64,000 nt of DNA from a virus. Positions 19,841-31,067 of this stretch are shown here, in pieces (position 1 is the first letter of the stretch; each line of letters starts with the position of its first letter). The stretch is from IMG/VR virus record IMGVR_UViG_3300046806_000356, positions 32,001 through 96,000 of that record; one strand, 5' to 3'. The notes beneath the pieces are model-generated. The model did not search any database. It had not been told where the DNA came from and saw only the letters and a program-made list of their open reading frames with translations. Made by a program: the position numbers and the translations under genes.

Positions 19841-20526
19841 TGGAATTTAATATTAATAATATACAGAATGGTAATGACCCCTTTAATTATTGGGTAATTG
19901 ATAATTTTCTTGATCTTGAAGATGCTAAAAAATTGAGTAAAGAATTTATTGATTATAATAGTAAAGATGATTTAGTTTATTATCGTGATTGGACTGCTGA
20001 AAAAAAGTCATGTAATAATTGGAATAGATTTCCTCCATTAACATATAAAACTTTTTATAATTTATTGTCCTATAAGTTTTGTGAAACACTTACTAGTATA
20101 ACAGGGCACAACTCTTTATACCCTGACATAGGACTTCATGGTGGAGGTTGGCACATGCACGTTAGTGGTGGAAACCTTGCCTTGCATTTAGATTATTGTA
20201 TTCATCCAAAATTAAATCTTCAAAGAAAGTTGAATTTAATAATTTATCTTGAGGAAGACTATGACCCATGTTGGGGTGGTAATCTTGAATTTTGGTCTCA
20301 TAATGATAAAAAAAATGCACCACATGAGAAAATAAAAACAATTGAACCTCTCTTTAATAGAGCAGTAATATTTGATACATCACAAAATTCTTGGCATGGA
20401 TTTGTAAATCCAATAAATTGCCCAGAAGGAAAAATGAGAAAGAGTATTGCAGTTTATTATTTGACTGATATTGAGTCAAATTCTGTTGAAAGATATAAGG
20501 CTTCATTTGTTAATTTGGACACTTAA
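19840..20526 (+). CDS. 2OG-Fe(II) oxygenase
   Basis: HLD, GGNLEFW, FNRAVIF, SWHG, RKS motifs. Confidence 0.88.
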   Translation: MEFNINNIQNGNDPFNYWVIDNFLDLEDAKKLSKEFIDYNSKDDLVYYRDWTAEKKSCNNWNRFPPLTYKTFYNLLSYKFCETLTSITGHNSLYPDIGLHGGGWHMHVSGGNLALHLDYCIHPKLNLQRKLNLIIYLEEDYDPCWGGNLEFWSHNDKKNAPHEKIKTIEPLFNRAVIFDTSQNSWHGFVNPINCPEGKMRKSIAVYYLTDIESNSVERYKASFVNLDT

Positions 20527-20537
20527 TTAAATTAAAA

Positions 20538-21942
20538 ATGGTAATGGAACATCCGCACACAAAACTAGAACGCATTTGTAAGGAATTGAAAGAGATTGTA
20601 AAATCTGAAAACTCACTTCATATGATGGATATGAACCTCAATTCAAGTGATGTAGATACACTTGATGAGGTTATGAAAGAATTGAAAGGTGATGACGATG
20701 AGTGATAATTACTTGACCCACGAAGAAATGTTAGAAATTGCATCACAAAGAGAAGCAAAGAACTCTCAAGAATTTGAAATTGATGCTGATGGATTAGAAG
20801 ATTGGTTAGGTGAAGCACCTGCACCAGATAAACTTGAATACCTGGAACAACGAAATAATCGTCGTATTGAGATTAAGAAGCAGTTTGATGTCTGGTTTGA
20901 GGAGATGGAAGGATACTCTTTCCGGTATGAAAGGTTCTGGGATGACTTTGATTATGCAAAAGAGTCCAAAGACAACAAAAGTATGGTAAGATGGTTACGA
21001 ACCGCATTTGAGATGGGTTATTATGCTTCTGAATCAAAACTTTATGGAGGAACAGACTAATGCCTAAAGATGAAGAATTTCCTTACGATCAGTTTCCTTG
21101 GAAGTTGATGCATAAAGATGGTAAGGATGGTAAAGAGACACGCAAGTGTTACTTTCAATCTGAAGAGCACATGAAGAAGCACATTACACGATACAATCTC
21201 AAAAAGAAAGACTACACTATTGGTTATAAGTATGAGTGACACCGATCCTACTGCACCTTGGTATGAGTTTCTATCATATTGTAGATGTTGCGATAGTTTA
21301 AATAGACCAGTAAGAATTGGTGGATTTATGAGATACCAAGCATATCTTAGAGAAATCGGAGTAGTCTAATGTTTAACTGGTTTAACAGAGTTGTTGAAGA
21401 TTATGATGTAGAAGATGTAGATGAAAGTCTTCTTGATATAATTGCTGACTTAGAACTGAGAGTTTTAAAGTTAGAAGAGGAAAATGTAGAACTTACAAAT
21501 TGTTTGTATGAAGTTGAAAACAGACTACAAGCACAGATTGACAATATTCATCCAGTCACTTATAATTTACAAGACTATGGACTTGAAAAATAATGTATGA
21601 AAATCTTTCGGCGTATGAACGCTCACTTGCACGGTTTGGTGATAAATGTGCCCTCATTGCAGGACTTGAAATCACAGATAAAATCACTCCAGAACAAGCA
21701 TATCAGGAAATCAAGGAACTTTACAGAGAACTTAAGAAACTTCGCAAACAAGAAAAAGATGAATGGGAAGTAGAAGTATGACAGAAGACTCACTTAAGAT
21801 CACAGAGAATGCTGATGGCACATTCACCATGGATTGGGACAAGCAAGACCCAAAATGGTCCTGGTTGAATGGGTTGACATCCAAGGAGATTCAGGTTATT
21901 ATGGAACAAGCAATTAAAGAGGAACTTCAAAATCATGACTGA
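20538..21942 (+). other. Run of small hypothetical ORFs
   Basis: ORFs near 20538-20705, 20698-21060, 21060-21239, 21232-21369, 21369-21593, 21593-21781 and 21778-21942. Confidence 0.6.
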
Positions 21943-22489
21943 CTACAAAAAATACTCACTTGGACAAGTTGAGAACTTTCTGTACGATGCGATGAGTTCT
22001 GGTGCAACACCACAGGAAATCTATGATACCATTAGAGGTGTTGTTGAGGACAACTATTATACCTATAAGAAATCAACATCGGAAGCATATGAACTTCTTG
22101 CTCTATTGAATGGTAATGGTGTTGGGCATATTACAAACTATGATGATAGGGAACTGATGCCCGATCTTCAATACACAGAAGAAGAATTGAATGCAATGTG
22201 TGATGCAGCCGAAGCAAAAGACAAAGTGAATAAGTGGATTATTCCTGTTGATGATGACTACAACATCACATTCCCAGAAGATCTTCTGGAGCAAACTGGT
22301 TGGAAAGAAGGAGATGTTCTTGAATGGATTGATCAAGGCGATGGTTCGTTTAAACTGATTAAAAAGGAAAAAAAAGAACATCCATCTTGGGAAAAAGGTA
22401 ATGAACTTGCAAAAGTTAAAACCTACCAAGAAATGATTGATGATGGTTGGACTATGACTGATGATGGATTTTGGATTAAGGAGAATTAA
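21935..22489 (+). CDS. Protein with AbrB/SpoVT-like DNA-binding domain
   Basis: ITFPEDLLEQTGWKEGDVLEW...GSFKL; sigma70 promoter TTGACA(21874)-17-TATTAT upstream. Confidence 0.7.
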   Translation: MTDYKKYSLGQVENFLYDAMSSGATPQEIYDTIRGVVEDNYYTYKKSTSEAYELLALLNGNGVGHITNYDDRELMPDLQYTEEELNAMCDAAEAKDKVNKWIIPVDDDYNITFPEDLLEQTGWKEGDVLEWIDQGDGSFKLIKKEKKEHPSWEKGNELAKVKTYQEMIDDGWTMTDDGFWIKEN

Positions 22490-22491
22490 AA

Positions 22492-22719
22492 ATGGCACTT
22501 GGAACACAAGTAGAAGAATCACTGAAAGAAGCAGAAGCAAGTCTCAGGAATGCATTGTCTTATGCAGCAAGAACTGAACGACCTATGGTTTGTAGTGTAA
22601 TTGCTGATTTGATTCATCGTATTGAATCTGTGATGAGTACTGATTCTTTGTTGGATAAACTTGAATCACGCAGACCAGGAAGCAGTGGAGACTTTGGAGT
22701 GTTTTTCAACAATGACTGA
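22492..22719 (+). CDS. Hypothetical protein
   Basis: 75 aa with AAGGAG RBS. Confidence 0.7.
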   Translation: MALGTQVEESLKEAEASLRNALSYAARTERPMVCSVIADLIHRIESVMSTDSLLDKLESRRPGSSGDFGVFFNND

Positions 22720-23083
22720 AGAAGCAAAAAAACCTAATAAGTTTGGGGAAGCACTGCAAGAATGGTGGGATTCTGAAGCATGTAAAAAACTACAAGAAGA
22801 ATCGAAACGATCAGTTCAACTTGCGGTAGGAAAATATCATATTCTTCCTCCTAAGGATAAGTATGATATGGTTCAGGCAATCTGCTATATTATGTGTAAA
22901 GCAGAGAAAGAAGGAATTTCTCACAGGGGATTGATGGATGAACTTGGAATCTATCCCGAAGCATTTTGGATTACTGAACTTATGGATGTTCATAATGCAT
23001 TGTGGTCTGAATTTAACAAACGCAAGAATGATGCGGAGTTGGACCGAGAAATCAAGATGTTACAAGAATTTTCTGAAACCTGA
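22712..23083 (+). CDS. Hypothetical protein
   Basis: MTEEAKKPNKFGEAL... Confidence 0.65.
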   Translation: MTEEAKKPNKFGEALQEWWDSEACKKLQEESKRSVQLAVGKYHILPPKDKYDMVQAICYIMCKAEKEGISHRGLMDELGIYPEAFWITELMDVHNALWSEFNKRKNDAELDREIKMLQEFSET

Positions 23084-23150
23084 AGAGATCGTTAAGTTTC
23101 TACATAATAATGAAGATAAGTGTTAGAATCAACACAATCGCATTGAAATC

Positions 23151-23348
23151 ATGACTCTCTCCAGAACAAGTACGGAAGAACTTACAACAGAAGAATGGAA
23201 TGAGTTAAATGCTCTCAAAAAAGCCATTAACTACGATCCACACACTGTAGCACCCGAAAAGATGGAGAAATTTACCGAACTTATGGTTAGATCTCTTGAA
23301 GGCAAGGGTGATCCTGTGTCAGTACAAACGAAACCAACCAACTATTAA
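23151..23348 (+). CDS. Hypothetical protein
   Basis: 65-aa ORF. Confidence 0.65.
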   Translation: MTLSRTSTEELTTEEWNELNALKKAINYDPHTVAPEKMEKFTELMVRSLEGKGDPVSVQTKPTNY

Positions 23349-23376
23349 ATAAATATTACGATATTTTAACAGTCTT

Positions 23377-23589
23377 ATGGGAACCATAGACCAACATATT
23401 CAAAAAGATGTTGAGATCTTAAATGATCCAACAACATCATCTCAGTCAAGAAGACATATAGAAGAAGAATTAGCAGCACTGAAATCATATAAAGCAAATC
23501 ATCCTGAAGACTCACACGATCCAACAACACTGGAACTGTACTGTGATGCCAATCCTCATGCACGAGAGTGTAGAGTGTATGAAGACTGA
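23377..23589 (+). CDS. cp12: CP12 Calvin-cycle inhibitor (phage type)
   Basis: IEEEL and C-terminal LELYCDANPHARECRVYED; TAAATA late-like box upstream. Confidence 0.92.
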   Translation: MGTIDQHIQKDVEILNDPTTSSQSRRHIEEELAALKSYKANHPEDSHDPTTLELYCDANPHARECRVYED

Positions 23590-23646
23590 GGACAATTTTT
23601 AAAGTGGCACACCGGGACACCTATGACCCTTTGAATGCATTATAAT
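23588..23646 (+). promoter_or_regulatory. Palindrome-linked early promoter cassette 8
   Basis: GAGGACA-ATTTTTAAAG-TGGCACA; TATAAT at 23641. Confidence 0.85.
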
Positions 23647-23668
23647 ATATTTTGATTCACAATTTATT

Positions 23669-24196
23669 ATGACTATTCTCCCATACATTGGTTCAGTCAT
23701 TAATCTTGCCAATGGATTTTCGCAAGCAACCAGACCCAAGCACGTGGGTCAAATGAGTGATTTAATTCAAGAATATCGCAATTCTACTTGTACTCTCAGT
23801 GAAGATGGTTGGAGGCAATTTTATTGTGAAAAAATTGGTTCAGATAAAATAAAAAATGCTTCCAATAAAAGTTGGGAATGCATTCAACGTATAAGGGAAA
23901 ACCTGAACAGTTTAACTCATGAGGATGTATATAACTGGGTAGACGATCTTATCATTACTAAAACCTTTTCTGGGTTACAACTTCAACTTGACATTTTGGA
24001 AATGGTATGCGATAATGATAATTATCGTCTTGCTACTCCTGAAGAAGAATCACAGGGTATTGATGGATTTGTAAATGGGGAACCAGTTTCAATTAAACCC
24101 AATACTTACAAAAAAACAATTGAGTATGGCAAAGAAAATATAGAGTATCGCATCATTTATTATAAACAAACTAATAAAGGTCTTGTAGTTGTATGA
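23669..24196 (+). CDS. MjaI-family type II restriction endonuclease
   Basis: ATRPKHVGQMSDLIQE...WVDDLIITKTF.GL...YRLATPEEESQGIDGF...VSIKP.TY matches my recollection of the RE_MjaI family. Confidence 0.78.
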   Translation: MTILPYIGSVINLANGFSQATRPKHVGQMSDLIQEYRNSTCTLSEDGWRQFYCEKIGSDKIKNASNKSWECIQRIRENLNSLTHEDVYNWVDDLIITKTFSGLQLQLDILEMVCDNDNYRLATPEEESQGIDGFVNGEPVSIKPNTYKKTIEYGKENIEYRIIYYKQTNKGLVVV

Positions 24197-25014
24197 ATAG
24201 GATTATTTGCTCAGATGCGCTCACTGCCTTAAAGGAAATTGAAAGTAGTAGTGTAGATATTGTGCTTACATCTCCCCCATATAATTTTGATATGGATTAT
24301 GATAAGCACAATGATAAGGACGATGCTCACAAGTATATTGATACTCTTGTAACTATTTTTGGTGAGTGTATACGCACTCTTAAAGATGGAGGAAGACTTA
24401 TTATCAATATTCAACCAAATTACAAAGATTATTTCCCATCACATCATTATATTACCACTGCAATGATAGAAAGTGGTTTAATCTGGCGTGGTGAAATTCT
24501 TTGGTTGAAGAATAATTTGAGTAAATTAACTGCATGGGGTAGTTGGAAATCACCATCGTGTCCATATTTGTCTTATCCATTCGAATTTATTGAAGTGTTC
24601 AGTAAAGCATCACTTAAACATGTTGGTAATAAAGAAGATATCGATATTACCAAAGAAGAATTCATCAAATATGTGAATGGACATTGGAGTATTGCACCAG
24701 AAACAAGAATGAAAGAATTTGATCATCCAGCTATGTTTCCAGAAGAATTGGTACGTCGTTGCCTTAAATTGTTTTCATACAAAAATGATGTGATTCTTGA
24801 TCCTTTTAATGGTGCTGGAACAACTACTTTAGTGGCACACGAACTGGGTAGGCAATATATTGGTATTGATATTAGTGAAGCATATTGTGAAATAGCAAAA
24901 AATCGCATACTAAAATACAATCCTCTTGATAATTTCTTCTCCGACTGTACCACTTCCCGAACTGGCACACAGGGCACTCCAGACCCCTCTGAGTGCCCTA
25001 TAATAGTCTCATAA
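24193..25014 (+). CDS. N4-cytosine/N6-adenine DNA methyltransferase (beta class)
   Basis: TSPPY catalytic motif, HPAMFP, DPFNGAGTT SAM-binding motif, GIDI; ATGA-coupled to the nuclease. Confidence 0.92.
   Translation: MNRIICSDALTALKEIESSSVDIVLTSPPYNFDMDYDKHNDKDDAHKYIDTLVTIFGECIRTLKDGGRLIINIQPNYKDYFPSHHYITTAMIESGLIWRGEILWLKNNLSKLTAWGSWKSPSCPYLSYPFEFIEVFSKASLKHVGNKEDIDITKEEFIKYVNGHWSIAPETRMKEFDHPAMFPEELVRRCLKLFSYKNDVILDPFNGAGTTTLVAHELGRQYIGIDISEAYCEIAKNRILKYNPLDNFFSDCTTSRTGTQGTPDPSECPIIVS
24946..25004 (+). promoter_or_regulatory. Palindrome-linked early promoter cassette 9
   Basis: TGTACCA-CTTCCCGAAC-TGGCACA; AGGGCACTC/GAGTGCCCT stem; TATAAT at 24999. Confidence 0.85.
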
Positions 25015-25025
25015 GCAAAACACCC

Positions 25026-25472
25026 ATGACTGCCACCTTTGCCGACTACGTTGCCCAGCAAGACGCAAGGAACACCATCCAGTTGAACGTTACCAAGTGG
25101 TGTTACCTGTTGATTGATGCACTCAAACAGAATTACACTGATTATGCCATTCGTGGACATCAACGTAGTATTGCAATTCATGGTACTCAAGTTGATTATC
25201 ATCAACAGAGGATTGATGAACTGAAGTCTGGTGATTGTTCGATTGATTACACTATCGAATCTGGTAAAAAGTATCACAAAATCATTCTGATTGATGGTGG
25301 TGGTTCACGTTCTGTTCATGCCTTTGTGGACAAGAAGACTGGTGAGGTTTACAAGTCTGCTTCTTGGAAGTCTCCTGCAAAAGGTGTTCGTTATGATCTT
25401 CGTTTGATTGAAGAACGTGAATGGTTGCTGGAGAATGCAGACTGGGCAGGTGGTTACCTCTACGCAAAATGA
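25026..25472 (+). CDS. Conserved phage hypothetical protein
   Basis: GKKYHKI...SVHAFVDKKTGEVYKSASWKSPAKGVRY. Confidence 0.75.
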   Translation: MTATFADYVAQQDARNTIQLNVTKWCYLLIDALKQNYTDYAIRGHQRSIAIHGTQVDYHQQRIDELKSGDCSIDYTIESGKKYHKIILIDGGGSRSVHAFVDKKTGEVYKSASWKSPAKGVRYDLRLIEEREWLLENADWAGGYLYAK

Positions 25473-25533
25473 ATATGACAACGACTGACAAACTTATTTT
25501 CATCTCATCCTTCGTTTGGTTTCTTCATTGGTC

Positions 25534-26013
25534 ATGCAGTCTATCATTGAAATTAGTGGATATGGTTATCACAAACGGGTCTGTGAGAGTGTTACCACTT
25601 GGTTTTTGAATGAGTTCTTTCCACGGCATAAACTCTACGTTGAGATTGTGCATCGTGGTCTGAAACGTGATTGTGCCTATGGTTATTGTGACTATACCGG
25701 TGAGGCATATCGTCCTCGTGAGTTTCTGGTTGAATTGGATACTTACATGAATCAAGAGTTGTATATTAAGACACTTCTTCATGAACTGGTACACCTGCAA
25801 CAGTGGGTGACTGGAACTCTTCGTGCCAAACGTGGTAAAAGGTATTATAATTCCATTAATGTGGAGGATATTGAGTATTGGGATCAACCACATGAAATAG
25901 AGGCACGGGGACAGGAAGAAATACTATATCAACAGTATCTGAATGCAATGAACCCTGTGCCAGTACGACAAGTGGCACACTACTTCCCCAATCGACTGCT
26001 GAATGCAGTATAA
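25534..26013 (+). CDS. HExxH zinc metallopeptidase-like protein
   Basis: TLLHELVHLQQ...YWDQPHEIEA. Confidence 0.75.
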   Translation: MQSIIEISGYGYHKRVCESVTTWFLNEFFPRHKLYVEIVHRGLKRDCAYGYCDYTGEAYRPREFLVELDTYMNQELYIKTLLHELVHLQQWVTGTLRAKRGKRYYNSINVEDIEYWDQPHEIEARGQEEILYQQYLNAMNPVPVRQVAHYFPNRLLNAV

Positions 26014-26014
26014 T
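25956..26014 (+). promoter_or_regulatory. Palindrome-linked early promoter cassette 10
   Basis: TGTGCCA-GTACGACAAG-TGGCACA; TATAAT at 26009. Confidence 0.88.
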
Positions 26015-26037
26015 TACAAGGTAATCAAGAGAACACC

Positions 26038-28743
26038 ATGAAACTCGAATGCTACACCACCGGTAACGTTGTCGATTACTATCCAGTCAAGTTTGTGGAT
26101 GGTACTATCTTGACCGAATGGTTTTTGAGGATTGTATCATTCGAGGGTACTGAAACTACATCAAAGAAGTTTCTTCGTAAGAAGGATGCGTTTGATGAGG
26201 TGAATGAACGTATTGCCCATGGCTATAAAGTAATCGACTTTAATCTCATTCCACAGATTGGTAATCCCATTGCAGGTGCTTGCTAAATGACTACAATTCA
26301 TCGTTTTAATAATCTCTTTGATGCCGTGAGGTTCTTGACTGATACATTTCAGATGACGAATCAAGAAGCAACTCATTTTGTCTGGGATCATCAATCTACG
26401 ATTGGAACTGATCGTGGAGTTTGGATTGACGTAAAATCACTGACTGGACTGGTAAAATGAACAACAACACAACTTGGTTTCAAATTTTTGTAGTTCTTGG
26501 TGCTGGTATTATTCTTCTTGTGCTTGCTGCTGGTCTTCTTTCTGTTACTAATCCAAGAATTGAGGCAAAATGTCAAGCAGCAGGAGGACAAGTTCTTGCT
26601 CGTCCTGGTAATGTTAGTTCCTGCCTTTATCCTATAAACAAATGACTGAAACACAAATGAATCTGAATGTCCATGAGGTGGGCATTCTCCTCTCTGCACT
26701 TCAAACGTTGAGTGTGAGTGATGAGAGAGTGATTGCCAGAGACTATGGAAGTGCTCCGGCATTGTATAATAAACTTTACAGTTTGTATGAGCAGATGGAT
26801 AGGTCAAAGGTTGAATTACGTTATGAGTTAACACCATCATTTTGAATCATGGATTCAAAGGCACGAATTCTTTCCAGCATTACAATTGTTTTTGCATTCT
26901 ACATCACTCTTTATCATGATACATCGGTGGGTGCAAGATTGTATATGATTGGAAATCTTCTGGCACTTCCTTATATGATTCGCAATAAGTGTTGGGATGT
27001 AGTTGCTTTACTTACATTTTTGATTATTATGGGGTTACCAAAAGTTATCGGAGCAACGACATGAATAACAAAGACCTTCAATCATTTATCACAGCATTTG
27101 ACGATTTTATGAAACACTTTGATGCCGAAGAACTTTACTACGAAGGTCGTATGGTTTATGAGAATCACCGTGCCGAAGCACGACGTATTCAAGAACAAGA
27201 GATTGAATCAAAGGCTGCAGAACTGGAAGTGACCTGTGACTATTATATGATGGAGTTTATGTAATGAATCTTTATATCATCAACCAAATTCTGCACGATT
27301 ACACTTCTGGTATGGTAGTCATTGCCGCCGAATCTAAAGAACAATGTCGTGAATTGTTTATTGAAAAGTTTGTTAACTATGGTGCCGAAGATTTCGATCA
27401 TGAATGTACCGAGTTCACTGTGATTGAAGGTGTGAATCATCCTGCTGGTATTGTTGACTATGTGTATGGTGGAGAATGAATCAAACAACTAAACTACTGT
27501 TCGCACTTATGCAAATAGAAGGTATCACTAAACTGATGAAAGACAATGAGTCTGAGCATTACCTTAACACCTTTCTAACACCTGTCAATGCAGAACTTAA
27601 CCGACAGTTGACAAATCTCACACAATCATCTAAAATTAAGGAGTAATTAAGCACAAGAAATGAAATCACTTTATATTGTTGACTACTGGGTGCCATTTCC
27701 ATCTTCCGAGTATGGTGGTCTAATCAATCTGATTGCCGAGAATGATACGGAAGCATTTGCCATTCTATCACAGGAAAACATCTTTGATGAAAGTTATGTT
27801 GATCGCATTATGCCCAATGTAGTCAGTGCTCAGAAGTTTGCTCTTGTTGATGAGTATGAGTCTGGCATTATTGATTCTTTCACAACGTAATTCAAATGGA
27901 AGCACTTTATCGTATTGAAGAGTTCACTACCACAGGATGGGAACTAATTGATGAGAAGGAGGTTCGATTGACAAAAGAAGTTTGCTCTCAACATATTCAA
28001 ACTTACATAAATGAGGGTGTGAACCCAAATCTTTTAAGAGTTGTTGTCGATGCTTGAATTTCCACACAAAGCACCAAAGGATTATAGTTATGAATTTGAG
28101 ACTTGGAACACCCGTACTGTTCGCATTATGCTCCGTTGTCATCGGCAATTTGATTATAACCTTGGTGCCAGTACCGCAACTGTATGGGGATTCTACAGTC
28201 CAAAGAAACGAATCTACTATGCACCAATCAATGCCAAGACAATTGGTAAGGAAGTGAATATAGATAATACAACTCCTTATACTGCAATGCCATTAAATAG
28301 AACGTCATTAGAAAAATGTTTTGTATGACCACATTCTATTCAGGATTGAATGTTAAGTACAGGGATCATATTGGTTTTGTTGATTTTATGTGTGAGAAGT
28401 ATATTACAATCTGTTTAGGACAGTTCGAACATAGATCAAAAGATGTCTGCATATTGATCTATCCATCACAGTGGAAAGAAGTACAACTCCTGAAAGAATC
28501 GGAGAAATGAAACATAAGACAGTGTGGAAATGGTTTGCAATGGCACTGGGAGAGAAAGCATCCAAGTGTGATAGAGAGTCTGATATTGTAGCAAGAATTC
28601 GTGCTGTTATATTTCTCACATACTTAATCACAAACATCTTTATTGTTGCAGGAGTAATTCGACATTGGGACGATAATCAGGAAATAAAACATGAGCAATC
28701 CATACAAGAAAATACTGTTTCCAGTTCACATTTTTCAATGTAA
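26038..28743 (+). other. Run of ~13 small hypothetical ORFs
   Basis: Includes 26038-26286, 26457-26645, 26642-26845, 26849-27064, 27061-27264, 27264-27479, 27660-27890, 28050-28328, 28325-28510 and 28507-28743; sigma70 promoter TTGACA(27608)-17-TAAAAT. Confidence 0.65.
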
Positions 28744-29341
28744 TATTAGGGAGAATCAAATCATTCAAGATGAGATTCTTCCAATAATAGAAGACATTCA
28801 TCAGAAAAAGAAATCACTGATTCCAGATGGATGGGAAACTACAAAATTACACACGTCTTTTAATATCGCCGAAATCAATCAGCAATTGTTTTCTGAGCAA
28901 ACTGCAGCGTGTCAGTATTATATGAAATACATTTCAAAGTTCTTTGATAAACCAAGTCAACTGGAGATTGTAGATATATGGTATAATTATTATGATGATG
29001 GAGAATATCAAGAGATACATGATCATTTGAACAGTAATATCTTTTTAAAGAAATCACATTTCTCTTGTATTCACTATTTGAAGTATGATTCTGATGTTCA
29101 TGTTCCCACAACATTTGTGGATCCAATCGAACAGATTCGATCACACTCTTTGGAGATGGAATCAAATCATTATGGTCCCAAGTATCATCCATATGTGCGT
29201 GAAGGTGATTTAATTATGTTTCCAAGTTATATGCAGCATTTCGTGAGAAAATCAGATCCGACTCCAGATTCACCAAGAATCACTGTCGCATTCAATTTAC
29301 ACGTATCACAATACGGAGAGTATTTTCAAGATGGAACTTAA
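28691..29341 (+). CDS. 2OG-Fe(II) oxygenase (putative)
   Basis: QEIHDH, FSCIHYL, EGDLIMFPSYMQHFV, RITVAFN. Confidence 0.82.
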   Translation: MSNPYKKILFPVHIFQCNIRENQIIQDEILPIIEDIHQKKKSLIPDGWETTKLHTSFNIAEINQQLFSEQTAACQYYMKYISKFFDKPSQLEIVDIWYNYYDDGEYQEIHDHLNSNIFLKKSHFSCIHYLKYDSDVHVPTTFVDPIEQIRSHSLEMESNHYGPKYHPYVREGDLIMFPSYMQHFVRKSDPTPDSPRITVAFNLHVSQYGEYFQDGT

Positions 29342-29813
29342 TTTTATTGATGACTTTCTGATACAGAAAGAACAAGAGATTGTTTTGAATTATTGTGAAT
29401 CCGCACCATATCATTATGGTGAACAGGATGATAAAGATTTGCCAGTCACTGGAATGATTCACAACATTCCTGAGACAGAATTTGTGTATAAACTGTTCAA
29501 GAAACATATTTCAGATAGAATTGAGATCGTTCGGAACATGAAACTGTATCGAATGTATGTCAATTGTTTTGCACCACAGGAAAATCCTTTCTTTCATATT
29601 GATGGCGAGGGTCTGACATTTTTGTATTATCCAAACATGCAATGGCACGTTCAGGAAGGTGGCGAGACTCAATTTTATATTGATGACAACATTTATGGCA
29701 TTATTCCCAAACCAAATCGATTAGTCGGATTTGATGGAACGATATTACATCGTGCCACATCATTTCGCAGTTTACATCGATTCACTGTGGCAATTAAGTA
29801 TTCTCCACAATAA
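29331..29813 (+). CDS. 2OG-Fe(II) oxygenase (prolyl-hydroxylase-like)
   Basis: FHID, GGETQF, PNRLVGFDG..LHRA, RFTVAIK. Confidence 0.85.
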   Translation: MELNFIDDFLIQKEQEIVLNYCESAPYHYGEQDDKDLPVTGMIHNIPETEFVYKLFKKHISDRIEIVRNMKLYRMYVNCFAPQENPFFHIDGEGLTFLYYPNMQWHVQEGGETQFYIDDNIYGIIPKPNRLVGFDGTILHRATSFRSLHRFTVAIKYSPQ

Positions 29814-29843
29814 ATACAAAAAATAGATACACAAGACTTTAGA

Positions 29844-31049
29844 ATGTCACTTCCAGCATATACTGCAACAACATATTTTAATACTGGTTCAATCAGTGCT
29901 CGTTCATTGCAGACGACATTTGGTGGAAATTCAAATAATGTCAAATTTTCTACTTATCGAAGAGATGCGGATCAAACAAACACAAGTCCGATTGTACCCG
30001 ATGCAACGGAGAATGATGATATTTCAACCGAAAATAATCTTAGTGCCTTAACTTTCCGTGGATCAGTCAAGGAGTTAAGTACATCTCAATCAGGTTCTGA
30101 TACAAATTTGAACATTGGTAGTACTTCAGTCTGGGGATTAAATCTCAACAAAAATATCATTAAGAATTTGAGTATTGGTGGTTTAATCACAGCCTCATCA
30201 AGCGCCACAACCGCGGCATCACTCAGTGGCAGTGCAATTAACTTAAGAATTGATATAAGTGGACAGATTTATGGTCAGTCTGGATCTGGAAATGGTGGTG
30301 GTGCTCTGTATTTGAATAATACGACGACTGTATCCAGTGGAAATGCAAGATTTATCAATGTGAATGTCAATTCAAATGGAAGAATCTGGGCTGCTGGTGG
30401 TGCAGGATCTGCAGGTGAAAGCGGAAACTCTGGTCCAGATCTTGGTTGTTATGCTGACACATACTATAATGTTAATTACTATTTTGGAGATAATCGTGAC
30501 TGGTATCAAAGTCTTGCCGATTCAGCTTGTGCAGCATATATTCCATTAAATTATAGTTCTGGTTATGCTCTTTATGGTAATCCAACCGATACAAGAACAC
30601 GTTGTCGTGGTGGTGGATATCGAAGTGGATCTACTTGGGATTCAAATAATCGATCAGGATATGCATGTGCAACAAATTGGGATCTAAGGTGTATAGCAAG
30701 AGGAAACTTTTTGGTTGCTGGTGGATCAGGTGGTGGAGGAGGAAATGCTGGAGTTGGTAGAGGATTTTCAAACAAAGGATCTTGGAGTTCAAATTATCCT
30801 CTCAATGATGCAGAGTATAATAGTGGTTCGACATCTGGTGGAGGACCTAATCCAGCAGGTGCAAATACGTGTGATGCTAATGGAACATCTTCATATGGTA
30901 ATGCAGGAACAGCAGGAAATCCTGGAGGTGACTGGGGTTCCGATGGTGCTGGTGGAACAAAGGGTGCCGCAATCTCCGGATTACTATATAAGATTGTTTC
31001 TGGTGATATCGGCAGTGGACATTTACAAAGAATCAAGGGATCGAAATAG
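29844..31049 (+). CDS. Glycine-rich virion / receptor-binding adhesin-like protein
   Basis: N-terminal GSIS..SL...FGG fibre-type motif; poly-Gly segments (GRIWAAGGAG, GGSGGGGG); AATAAATA late-like box near 29808. Confidence 0.6.
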   Translation: MSLPAYTATTYFNTGSISARSLQTTFGGNSNNVKFSTYRRDADQTNTSPIVPDATENDDISTENNLSALTFRGSVKELSTSQSGSDTNLNIGSTSVWGLNLNKNIIKNLSIGGLITASSSATTAASLSGSAINLRIDISGQIYGQSGSGNGGGALYLNNTTTVSSGNARFINVNVNSNGRIWAAGGAGSAGESGNSGPDLGCYADTYYNVNYYFGDNRDWYQSLADSACAAYIPLNYSSGYALYGNPTDTRTRCRGGGYRSGSTWDSNNRSGYACATNWDLRCIARGNFLVAGGSGGGGGNAGVGRGFSNKGSWSSNYPLNDAEYNSGSTSGGGPNPAGANTCDANGTSSYGNAGTAGNPGGDWGSDGAGGTKGAAISGLLYKIVSGDIGSGHLQRIKGSK

Positions 31050-31067
31050 TAAGGAGTTTATGCTATA

